DNA of 64,000 nucleotides. It comes from an uncultured Candidatus Peribacteria bacterium. GTDB lineage: Bacteria; Patescibacteriota; Gracilibacteria; Peribacterales; Peribacteraceae. Under the pieces are notes generated by a model. It was given only the letters and a program-made list of their open reading frames with translations. It made no database searches and was not told the DNA's origin. This document shows, one piece after another, positions 24,046 through 31,770 of the stretch (its first letter is position 1; each line of letters opens with the position of its first letter). A program made the translations under genes and the position numbers. The DNA is taken from NCBI GenBank assembly GCA_964458645.1, contig CAYWJU010000002.1, forward strand, positions 67,033 through 131,032, written 5' to 3'.

Positions 24046-26670
24046 ATGGTCTTCATCCTTCGATTGCTCTTCTGGCCCATCTTGCTCCTCGTCGTAGAGG
24101 TCTTCTCGTTTGTGTTTAATTTGGGCATTTGGTCGAGCTTTTGGAATTGGCTCGTAGAAGATATCGGCTGGATGACGACAGGAGGAAAAATTCTGTTGCT
24201 GGTCACCGCGTATTACCTCATCCGGTATTTCATTTTCTGGCTGCGGTTTACGTACGCTTGGCACGCGTCCAAGAAGCTTGTGTGCGTGAAGGTCATTCTT
24301 CCCCGCAGCGACAGTAAAATCGACCAAGAGAAGCGCACCGAAAAGGATTTCAAAGAAAAAATCGCCATCATGGAACAGTTGTTCCGTGCGCTGTATGAAG
24401 TGAAGGATCTTACGGTGTGGAACGTGATTGAATTTTGGATTACGCGTTTCATTACCATCAGCTTCGAGCTTGTGGTGGAAGAGGGTCTGATTTCATTCTA
24501 CGTGCTGTGCCCAAAGCGCTTGGAGTCCATTGTGGAAAAGCAAATCACATCGTTCTATCCGAATGCAGAAGTCATTCCAAAAAAGACGCCCGACATTTGG
24601 CCCAAAGGATACAAGCTGGTCGGGTACAACTTGCTCTGCCGCAAGTCGTACGAATACCCGTTGCGCTTTTACGACCACATGCAGGATGACCCGCTCAACG
24701 ACATTATCAACGTGCTTTCCAAGCTGAATCCCGATGAAACAGCCACCGTCCAGCTGATCATCACCCCCACGTTCACTGAGCATTGGTCCAAGCGTATTAA
24801 GGGCATTGCCAGCGAAAGCTTCAAGGGCCACAAGAAGAGCTTTATCCAGAAAATCCCGGGTCTTGGCTTCATCGGTACGGCCATCAACATGATCACCAGC
24901 GACGATGCCGCCAAGAACTTCGCCCCCGGCTCCAAGGGCGGCGATGCGTTCGTGCGCATGCTCCAGCCCGAGGAAGAATTGTTCAAGCGCATGGGCGAGA
25001 AGGCCGGAATGTCGGGCTACCACACCACCGTCCGCGTGCTGGCTGCCGCCAAGACGTGGGAGCGCGCGCTCGACATTACCAACAACTTGCAAGTTGCCTT
25101 CAACGTGTTCAAGGACATGTACGGCAATTACTTTAGGAACCGCCGCATGATGACGGACTTCATGCCGCTCGAAATCAATCAGAAGCTTATCTATCCGCTG
25201 TGGCTGCGCCGCATCAACGGCTATGCCCATGCCCGTAACCTGCTGACCGAAAAGGAATTGGCGTCCATCTACCACTTCCCAGACAGCCGCTACAACACCA
25301 TTCCGAACATCGACTGGGTCAAATACAAGATTCTTCCTCCTCCTCCGGTCGAATTCAAGTCGGGCGTCCAGCTCGGTATCAACCGCTTCCGCGGATTGGA
25401 AACCATGGTGCGCTTCATGGACAAAGACCGCACGCGTCACCAGTACATCATCGGTAAATCCGGTTCGGGTAAGTCTGCCTTGCTCAACTGGCAGTCGCGT
25501 CAGGACATCGCGAACGGCGCGGGTCTGTGCATCGTCGACCCGCACGGAGACCTGATCGAAGACGCTCTCGCCCACACCCCGAAGGAGCGCGCCAAGGACG
25601 TGATCGTATTTGATCCGGCCGACACCGAACGACCCATGGGCCTGAACATGCTCGAAGCCAAAACGTCGGAAGAGAAAGACCGTGCCTCGCTCGACGCGAT
25701 GGAAATCTTCATCAAGATGTTCGGTAACGAAATCTTCGGACCACGTATCCAGCACTACTTCCGCAACGGTTGTCTCACGCTGATGGACGACGAAGAGGAA
25801 GGTGCCACGCTCATCGACGTGCCGCGTCTGTTCGTGGATGACGAATTCCAGCGCTACAAGGTCAGCAAGTGCAAGAACTCGGTCGTGCGCGGCTTCTGGA
25901 GCAATGAAATGGCCAAGACGGGTGCACGTGAAAAAGAAGAAATGATCCCGTACTTCTCGGCCAAGTTCGGTCCGTTCGTGACGAACGCCACTATGCGCAA
26001 CATCATCGGACAACCCAAGTCGGCGTTCAACATCCGCGAAGTCATGGACACCGGCAAGGTGCTGCTGGTGAACCTGTCCAAGGGAAAAATCGGCGATACC
26101 AACGCTCAGCTGCTGGGACTCATCTTCGTGAACAAGGTGAACATGGCGGCCATGAGCCGCGCCGACATCCCGCAGAAAGACCGCAAGCGCTTCTACCTGT
26201 ACGTCGACGAGTTCCAGAACTTCATCACCGACGCATTCGCGACCATTCTCTCCGAAGCTCGTAAGTACGAACTCGGTCTGGTGATGGCCCACCAGTATAT
26301 CGGCCAGCTGGTCGGCAAGACCGAAGGCTACGGACAGGCCAGCTCCAAAATGCGCGACGCCGTGTTCGGTAACGTGGGTACCATCATGAGCTTTAAGATC
26401 GGTGCCGAAGACGCCGAGTACATGGCCAAAGAAATGGCTCCGGTCGTGTCCGAACAAGACGTCATCGGCATTCCGAACTTCAACTGCTACGTGAAGCTGA
26501 ACATCAACAACACTACGTCGCGTCCGTTCTCGCTGGCGACCATTTACGACGAGTCCGATCGAAACGAGAAGCTCGGTGCGCTCATTAAGGAATACAGCCG
26601 CATGAAGTACGGCCGCAAGAAGGTGTTCGTGGACCAGGAAATCGAGGATCGCATTGGAATCGCTAAGTAG
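24046..26670 (+). CDS. VirD4/TraD/TraG-like membrane-anchored P-loop ATPase, paralog B
   Basis: N-terminal TM helices. Walker A GKSGSGKS. IVDPHGDLIED, RPMGLNMLE, IFGPRIQHYFRNGCLTLM, Walker B-like FYLYVDEFQNF, LVMAHQYIGQL. Confidence 0.85.
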   Translation: MVFILRLLFWPILLLVVEVFSFVFNLGIWSSFWNWLVEDIGWMTTGGKILLLVTAYYLIRYFIFWLRFTYAWHASKKLVCVKVILPRSDSKIDQEKRTEKDFKEKIAIMEQLFRALYEVKDLTVWNVIEFWITRFITISFELVVEEGLISFYVLCPKRLESIVEKQITSFYPNAEVIPKKTPDIWPKGYKLVGYNLLCRKSYEYPLRFYDHMQDDPLNDIINVLSKLNPDETATVQLIITPTFTEHWSKRIKGIASESFKGHKKSFIQKIPGLGFIGTAINMITSDDAAKNFAPGSKGGDAFVRMLQPEEELFKRMGEKAGMSGYHTTVRVLAAAKTWERALDITNNLQVAFNVFKDMYGNYFRNRRMMTDFMPLEINQKLIYPLWLRRINGYAHARNLLTEKELASIYHFPDSRYNTIPNIDWVKYKILPPPPVEFKSGVQLGINRFRGLETMVRFMDKDRTRHQYIIGKSGSGKSALLNWQSRQDIANGAGLCIVDPHGDLIEDALAHTPKERAKDVIVFDPADTERPMGLNMLEAKTSEEKDRASLDAMEIFIKMFGNEIFGPRIQHYFRNGCLTLMDDEEEGATLIDVPRLFVDDEFQRYKVSKCKNSVVRGFWSNEMAKTGAREKEEMIPYFSAKFGPFVTNATMRNIIGQPKSAFNIREVMDTGKVLLVNLSKGKIGDTNAQLLGLIFVNKVNMAAMSRADIPQKDRKRFYLYVDEFQNFITDAFATILSEARKYELGLVMAHQYIGQLVGKTEGYGQASSKMRDAVFGNVGTIMSFKIGAEDAEYMAKEMAPVVSEQDVIGIPNFNCYVKLNINNTTSRPFSLATIYDESDRNEKLGALIKEYSRMKYGRKKVFVDQEIEDRIGIAK

Positions 26671-26757
26671 AGGATTCCGAGGACGCCGAAGAATCCGATG
26701 ATTCCGAAGAATGTTTTCGTCGTACTCTTCGGCTTCGCCGGTTTCTTCGGACTCTTG
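26670..26757. repeat. GGANTCC-unit array (locus 4, two arms in opposite orientation)
   Basis: GATTC at 26673, GAATC at 26691, GATTC at 26700, GACTC at 26750. The right arm runs directly into the -10 box of the next gene. Confidence 0.7.
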
Positions 26758-26764
26758 ATACACT
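26756..26764 (+). promoter_or_regulatory. Extended -10 TGaTACACT, 6 nt upstream of ATG 26771
   Basis: Sequence match with leaderless-type geometry. Confidence 0.5.
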
Positions 26765-26770
26765 GTCGCC

Positions 26771-27790
26771 ATGACTCGATCAGAGCATATTCAAATCTTC
26801 GTGGAAGAAATTTGGAGTTGGTACTCCCGCCACAAACGCACGCTTCCTTGGCGCGACTTGAAGGTGAAGGACGACACGCAGCGCGCCTATGCGGTGTTAG
26901 TTTCCGAAATCATGCTGCAGCAGACCCAGGTGCCGCGGGTCATTCCAGCGTTCAGGGCTTTCCTAGAGCGGTTTCCGACACTTGGCGATCTGGCCAAAGC
27001 CGGAAACGCCGACATCATTCGGCAGTGGAAGGGGATGGGCTACAACAACCGCGCTCTTCGCTTGCGCGATGCTGCCCGAACGATTGTGGAACAACATGGC
27101 GGAGTCTTTCCGAAGTCCATGGAAGAACTGCTGAACATCAGCGGCATCGGGCACTACACCGCGGCCGCCGTCCGCAACTTCGCATTCGGCATTCCGACTC
27201 CATGTCTGGATACGAATATCCGCCGCGTGCTGCACCGCACGTTCGTCGGCGCCGAGAATCCGGACGGTACGTGGAAGAAAGATGATGAGTACCTGCTGAA
27301 ACTTGCGGGGGAAGTCTTGGCAGTTGCGATCTCTCCCGTGAAGAAAAACAGAGGGTCCTCGGACTCCTTGGATTCTTTGGTTTCTTCGGAATCCGGTGGG
27401 CGTCACGGGCCGGCGGACTGGCACGCTGCCCTCATGGACTTCGGCTCCCTCGTCTGCACCAAACGCGCTCCAAAATGGGACATCTGTCCGTTGACAAACA
27501 GAGGCGCGATGTTGGCTGCCTATAAAGTAAAAGAAGGAACAAAAAAGTTGATCAAGAAGGAGCCTGGCCGCGAGATCGCGGGCAAGTTCGTCCCCAACCG
27601 CATCATCCGCGGACGGGTGGTGGACGCGCTGCGCGATCACCCCAAATTGTCCGCCGACCAGATCGGCAAGCGCGTGTGCGTGGACTGGACCATGGGCGAT
27701 CATCGCGCGTGGCTGACCGGCATCATCGCCGGACTGAAGCGTGACGGTGTTCTTTCCGATGCCGGCAACGGCTTCGCGCTCAAAGACTGA
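26771..27790 (+). CDS. mutY: MutY-like HhH-GPD adenine DNA glycosylase (no NUDIX-like C-terminal domain evident)
   Basis: LPWR...YAVLVSEIMLQQTQVPRVIPAFRAFLERFP...WKGMGYNNRALRL...ISGIGHYTAAAV...LDTNIRRVL. The Fe-S loop is VCTKRAPKWDICPLTNRG. Confidence 0.8.
   Translation: MTRSEHIQIFVEEIWSWYSRHKRTLPWRDLKVKDDTQRAYAVLVSEIMLQQTQVPRVIPAFRAFLERFPTLGDLAKAGNADIIRQWKGMGYNNRALRLRDAARTIVEQHGGVFPKSMEELLNISGIGHYTAAAVRNFAFGIPTPCLDTNIRRVLHRTFVGAENPDGTWKKDDEYLLKLAGEVLAVAISPVKKNRGSSDSLDSLVSSESGGRHGPADWHAALMDFGSLVCTKRAPKWDICPLTNRGAMLAAYKVKEGTKKLIKKEPGREIAGKFVPNRIIRGRVVDALRDHPKLSADQIGKRVCVDWTMGDHRAWLTGIIAGLKRDGVLSDAGNGFALKD
27352..27398. repeat. GGANTCC-unit array (locus 5) embedded in frame in the MutY-like CDS
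   Basis: GACTC at 27361, GATTC at 27370, GAATC at 27388. Translated as RGSSDSLDSLVSSESG. Confidence 0.7.
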
Positions 27791-27810
27791 TTGTCGGTTC
27801 CTGGCCGGAC

Positions 27811-27819
27811 TGGTAGCAT
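27811..27819 (+). promoter_or_regulatory. Extended -10 TGgTAGCAT, 6 nt upstream of ATG 27826
   Basis: Sequence match. Confidence 0.5.
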
Positions 27820-27825
27820 CCGGTC

Positions 27826-28113
27826 ATGGCCTCATTCTCCGATATCCGAAATTCGTTCAAGCTCCAGCAGCAAGCCAAGAAGATCCGCAAGGAGCTCAAG
27901 AGCATCCACGTCGAAGCAGAAGCGCAAGGCGTGAAAGTCATTGTGTCCGCCGAAATGGAGGTCGTAGAGGTCATCATTGATCCGACCGTAACGCTGGATC
28001 GCGTGCCGGGCTTACTGAAAGATGCCATGAATCGTGCCATTAAGAAGGCACAGCTCATTTCGTCCGAGCGCATGCAAGGCATGATGGACCAAATGGGTAT
28101 AAAGGGTGCTTAA
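27826..28113 (+). CDS. ybaB: YbaB/EbfC family nucleoid-associated protein
   Basis: 95 aa. QQAKKIRKELKSIHVEAEAQGVKVIVSAEMEVVEVIIDP...LLKDAMNRAIKKAQ. Confidence 0.9.
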   Translation: MASFSDIRNSFKLQQQAKKIRKELKSIHVEAEAQGVKVIVSAEMEVVEVIIDPTVTLDRVPGLLKDAMNRAIKKAQLISSERMQGMMDQMGIKGA

Positions 28114-28580
28114 ATTGTTTTGTGTTCGCCCGGTCGTAGCAGCGCTGCTTCCACACCGTTGATGATTTGGCGACCTTCCAGCTTTCCTGCGGCAAAGATA
28201 TGGCCGATGAGTTGTCCGCATTCGAGTAGATGTCGTTCGACGCCTGCGGCTGCTGTATTGTGTTGTCCGAATCTCTGTGCAATCTTCAGCGCTTCGATAA
28301 GTGTATCGCGCGCGTTCGTCTCATTGAGATCGGTGGCCTTTTCCAGTGCAACACTCACTGTTCCGGCCGCCGATTCCTGGCCGGCTGAAAACAGGAACAT
28401 GCAACTGGTCCAACAGGCATCCAAGCAGGCGATCAGACGTTGGGTCTGTTGGTCCGGCGGCAGTTGTGCAGCTTCGATTCGGGCGGCGTTGATCGTCGCC
28501 TCTACGGCATGCAGCGGCGCCGACGTAAGCGATAACTTGTATGCGTCGCGGACCATCGGTGGCAATACACTTTTAGCCAT
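28110..28580 (-). CDS. Hypothetical protein
   Basis: 156-aa ORF with host-like codon usage. TATACT box (28590-28595) lies 9 nt upstream of the ATG. No motif recognised. Confidence 0.55.
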   Translation of the reverse strand: MAKSVLPPMVRDAYKLSLTSAPLHAVEATINAARIEAAQLPPDQQTQRLIACLDACWTSCMFLFSAGQESAAGTVSVALEKATDLNETNARDTLIEALKIAQRFGQHNTAAAGVERHLLECGQLIGHIFAAGKLEGRQIINGVEAALLRPGEHKTI

Positions 28581-28629
28581 GAGGCAATGAGTATAGAGAA
28601 AGTCAACTATCCTGCAAAGGGAGTGTCCT

Positions 28630-28635
28630 TAGAAT
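28630..28635 (+). promoter_or_regulatory. -10 box TAGAAT, 7 nt upstream of mltG ATG 28643
   Basis: Sequence match. Confidence 0.5.
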
Positions 28636-28642
28636 CACGAGT

Positions 28643-29656
28643 ATGAAGCGTTTCATTCTTGTCGCCGTTGTCGGCGCTCTTCTCCTGTGCATATGGGCAC
28701 GGATGATGCTTGCTCCGGTGAATCCGAGCAGCGTTGCGCCGATTATTCTGACGATCGCGAAGGGTGATTCGGTTGCGGATATCGCAATGAAGCTGGAGGA
28801 GTACGGCCTCATCCGTTCGGGTTTCGTCTTTAAGCTGTATGCGCGTGCGAAGGGCGCACACACCAATCTGCAGGCTGGGACATTTTCGTTGAATCAGTCC
28901 ATGTCGGTTGACGACGTTCTCATTACGCTTCGCACCGGCAAGTCCGGCGAAATAAGCATTACCATCCCGGAGGGATGGACGGTTGCCGCCATCGATGCAT
29001 TCATGGCTTCCAAAGGACTTGGAAAACCCGGCGATATTCTGGATTGCGCGTATAGCTGCGATTTTTCAGACAGTGATTTTCTGCCCAAGAACAACTTCGC
29101 CACGCGTGCCGATGGGTACGGCTCAAAACTGGAAGGTTATTTGTTCCCCGAAACATATTTCGTTGCCGTAGACGGCTATGCGCCCGAAGCGTTTTTGCAC
29201 CGCATGCTGGAGACGTTTCGCCTTCGCGTTATCGACGGCCATGCAACGGACATCGGGCGCAGCGGTCGGGCATTGCACGATGCCGTTACCATGGCCTCTC
29301 TTGTCGAAGAAGAGTCGCGCCACGAAGAAGAGCGTCCGATTGTCGCTGGCATTCTTTGGAAACGGGAAGAGGCCGGGACTCTTCTGGGCGTAGATGCAAC
29401 GGTGCGTTACCTGGTTGGGAAGCCGATCGGTGCAATTACCGTTTCCGATCTTGCATCGGATTCTCCCTACAATACGCGCAAAGTTGCCGGCTTACCGCCG
29501 GGTCCTATTGCGAGCCCGGGTATATCGGCGATTCTTGCGGCATTGCAGCCTGAAGCATCGGAATATTGGTATTACCTACACGGAAACGACGGCGTCATTC
29601 ATTATGCTCGTACCAACGATGAACATAACGTAAACAGGGCACGATACCTTCGTTAA
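28643..29656 (+). CDS. mltG: Endolytic murein transglycosylase MltG (YceG family)
   Basis: N-terminal TM helix. LEGYLFPETY, ASLVEEE, SPYNTRKVAGLPPGPIASPG. Confidence 0.9.
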   Translation: MKRFILVAVVGALLLCIWARMMLAPVNPSSVAPIILTIAKGDSVADIAMKLEEYGLIRSGFVFKLYARAKGAHTNLQAGTFSLNQSMSVDDVLITLRTGKSGEISITIPEGWTVAAIDAFMASKGLGKPGDILDCAYSCDFSDSDFLPKNNFATRADGYGSKLEGYLFPETYFVAVDGYAPEAFLHRMLETFRLRVIDGHATDIGRSGRALHDAVTMASLVEEESRHEEERPIVAGILWKREEAGTLLGVDATVRYLVGKPIGAITVSDLASDSPYNTRKVAGLPPGPIASPGISAILAALQPEASEYWYYLHGNDGVIHYARTNDEHNVNRARYLR

Positions 29657-29726
29657 AGATGCGTGCTGGCTCCATGGAAGCATTTGTTTGTTTTTCACCT
29701 ACAATGAGAAGAACACGCTCTAATAA

Positions 29727-29754
29727 TTGATAAAAACAAGAAATATTGTACTAT
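29727..29754 (+). promoter_or_regulatory. Sigma-70-like promoter TTGATA-N16-TACTAT
   Basis: Near-consensus hexamers in an AT-rich patch upstream of the high-GC3 ORF 29908. Confidence 0.5.
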
Positions 29755-29907
29755 GCATTTGTCAGTGTTCGCATTGGCAATTCCGTTCATTCGCACTACC
29801 GCTCTTTGTACCTAGGCTCCTCTGGCGCATGTCGTATTGTGCGTCGCAGGAGCCTAGGTACCCCGCAACGTTGCGGACTCAGAGGCTTCCTCGTTGGGAT
29901 CACCCCA

Positions 29908-30318
29908 ATGACTGGTTTCCGTTTCCCTGCTCCGACCGACGCCGCCGACCTCGCGCTCGTGCCCCCCTCTGGCCCCGTGGCGATCATCGTCCACGAGTAC
30001 GTGGGCATGGTCGGCGATTACGACAACAAGTGGGGCGAGTTCGACAACCGCGCCCCGGTCTACCGCGCGAAGCTGATCCTGCGCTCGCCGGTCGCCATCC
30101 GGCTCGCCGTTGCCTTCGGTGGCAAGCGCCGCGCCAACATCAAGCTGTGCGTGGCCGATCAGCTGTACGTGCTGGACCTCGACGCGTACGTCAACAGCGA
30201 CGATGGGGACCTGAAGATCCGCGTGCTGTTCAACGGCAACGTGCTGGAGTGCGCGGTGAGGGATCTGTGGTCCGCGGACGAAGAGGTCGCTAAGGTCTGT
30301 GACCTCATCGCGGGCTGA
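29908..30318 (+). CDS. Hypothetical 136-aa protein with very high GC3
   Basis: ORF trimmed to ATG 29908 (MTGFRFPAPTD...). Third codon positions are almost all G/C. Own promoter, structured leader and terminator. Confidence 0.55.
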   Translation: MTGFRFPAPTDAADLALVPPSGPVAIIVHEYVGMVGDYDNKWGEFDNRAPVYRAKLILRSPVAIRLAVAFGGKRRANIKLCVADQLYVLDLDAYVNSDDGDLKIRVLFNGNVLECAVRDLWSADEEVAKVCDLIAG

Positions 30319-30346
30319 TAAGCGAAGTAGTGAGCTGAACGGGAGA

Positions 30347-30374
30347 CCCCGGTGACGCAAGTCGCCGGGGTTTT
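30347..30374 (+). terminator. Rho-independent terminator
   Basis: Stem CCCCGGTGAC/GTCGCCGGGG (one mismatch), loop GCAA, then TTTT. Confidence 0.7.
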
Positions 30375-30441
30375 CCACGTGCATTTCCTACTCCTATGCA
30401 TCACTCTTTTCGCTCGATAAACGCCTGCGTACGCGAAGATG

Positions 30442-30843
30442 CTACGCTTGTGCTGTTTTGCGTTTACCGACGAGGTATGGGTGATTTCGAAGCGCCAGAA
30501 TACGCGGATCTACCGGGCCGGAAGCATTGGCAAGAGCCGTCTCCAAGACGTCGAGTACGCAGGTGCATGTGTCCATCAGCAAAAACTGGATCGCCTGATC
30601 GCGCTCCGGTCCAGTGCCGGACACAACGAGGTTCGCTTCCATCCAGTGGTCTACCGGGAACACGATATCGCCATAGGACCCCAACGCATTCCGAATAGCC
30701 CGTCGGTGTTGGAACGACTCCGGCGCCAGCGGCCGTAGCACTGCCTCCACTTGCTCGTTGGTCGGGCGAACGTTGGGCTCCGGAAACGCTTCGCGAATAG
30801 TGGCGGCAATGTCTGCAGGGGTGTGCGATGGCATGTATTGCAT
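30442..30843 (-). CDS. Hypothetical protein (second gene of an ORFan pair)
   Basis: ORF trimmed to ATG 30843 (MQYMPSHTPADIAATIRE...), 13 nt after the stop of the upstream gene. Confidence 0.5.
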   Translation of the reverse strand: MQYMPSHTPADIAATIREAFPEPNVRPTNEQVEAVLRPLAPESFQHRRAIRNALGSYGDIVFPVDHWMEANLVVSGTGPERDQAIQFLLMDTCTCVLDVLETALANASGPVDPRILALRNHPYLVGKRKTAQA

Positions 30844-30856
30844 GGTAGCGGATGCA

Positions 30857-31657
30857 CTACTGCCACTGCATCGCGTTGCGCATGCGCTCAATGTACTTCT
30901 TGGCTTCTGATGCCAGGAACAGCGACGGCACGAACTGATCGGGGAATTCTGTTTGCGGAGCATGCGACGGCCGGACAATGAGCGTACGCCGCTGTGTCGC
31001 CAGCGCCATGTACGTATCCAAATCTTGAATACCAGGCCTGGTCACTGTGGGCTCCACGTCCAGATCGGCGCAAATACTTTCCAGAGTTTGGATGGAGTGG
31101 ATGCAGAGCTGCGTACTCCAATCGGCACGCTGCTCGCTAGAGGTATCGATACAGCCTCCGGCAAACAGGACATCCCGTGTGAAAGAGTGCGTGGCATCGC
31201 GCAGGGCTTCCACGCGCTCGCGCAAGCGCTGATGGAAATTCCTGCTCTTCAACATGTGCGCAGCCGGATTAATGTGCGCAAGCAGCGCATTCTCTTCCAA
31301 TGGTGTCGCGCCGCTCTTGGCAATGCCCATCGCCACAAGCATGTGACAGTTATTCACATGTTCGGAGTTGATGTCCTTGGCAGTCACCGGTGAAATGCCG
31401 TAGTCCATCATCGCACCCAGTAGTACGCCATCGGTGGTTTGGTCGGCAGGAATGCAGCGAGGCGAGAACTCGGTATGACCAACCAACTGGCCCATGCTCC
31501 TCAGCACATCATCGTGTGGTCGTTCCCCAACAGGCACATACACGCCATTTGGCAGTACGAGTCGTTCGTTAAGCGGTGTGTGCCAGTCGATGCGCAACTG
31601 CGGCACACCAGTAGCGATGCCTGCTTTGCCGGGCAGGAACGAGGGCTTTGTGGGCAT
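30857..31657 (-). CDS. Hypothetical protein (first gene of an ORFan pair)
   Basis: 266-aa ORF. TAATAT box (31664-31669) lies 6 nt upstream of the ATG. Confidence 0.6.
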   Translation of the reverse strand: MPTKPSFLPGKAGIATGVPQLRIDWHTPLNERLVLPNGVYVPVGERPHDDVLRSMGQLVGHTEFSPRCIPADQTTDGVLLGAMMDYGISPVTAKDINSEHVNNCHMLVAMGIAKSGATPLEENALLAHINPAAHMLKSRNFHQRLRERVEALRDATHSFTRDVLFAGGCIDTSSEQRADWSTQLCIHSIQTLESICADLDVEPTVTRPGIQDLDTYMALATQRRTLIVRPSHAPQTEFPDQFVPSLFLASEAKKYIERMRNAMQWQ

Positions 31658-31755
31658 AGCGGCATATTAAATCATATATTTTTTTTCAGTCAATTTTTGC
31701 AGACTGCGCCCGTTACCGATCGGAGCGCAGCGGTCTGGGAAAAAGCGCTATTTTC

Positions 31756-31764
31756 TGCTATACT
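31756..31764 (+). promoter_or_regulatory. Extended -10 TGcTATACT, 6 nt upstream of ATG 31771
   Basis: Sequence match. Confidence 0.5.
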
Positions 31765-31770
31765 GTCCTG

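Noticed and set aside
24493-26772. Very long antisense ORFs. Examples are 24493-26772(-) 759 aa, 2108-4030(+) 640 aa, 56237-57616(+) 459 aa, 20987-22366(-) 459 aa, 48066-49364(-) 432 aa and 39082-40095(-) 337 aa.
   Set aside because: Each lies entirely opposite a gene with clear conserved motifs (ATPase, giant protein, ftsK, 3D-domain protein, rpoD, leuS). Their translations are low-complexity and R/H/G/A/V-rich. They are shadow ORFs typical of GC-rich coding DNA.
28110-28113. 4-nt overlaps of convergent stop codons (ybaB with ORF 28110, TTAA; leuS with the M20 peptidase at 40821-40824) as possible regulatory features.
   Set aside because: They are real in the sequence but are most simply a by-product of genome compaction. 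There is no further evidence of function.
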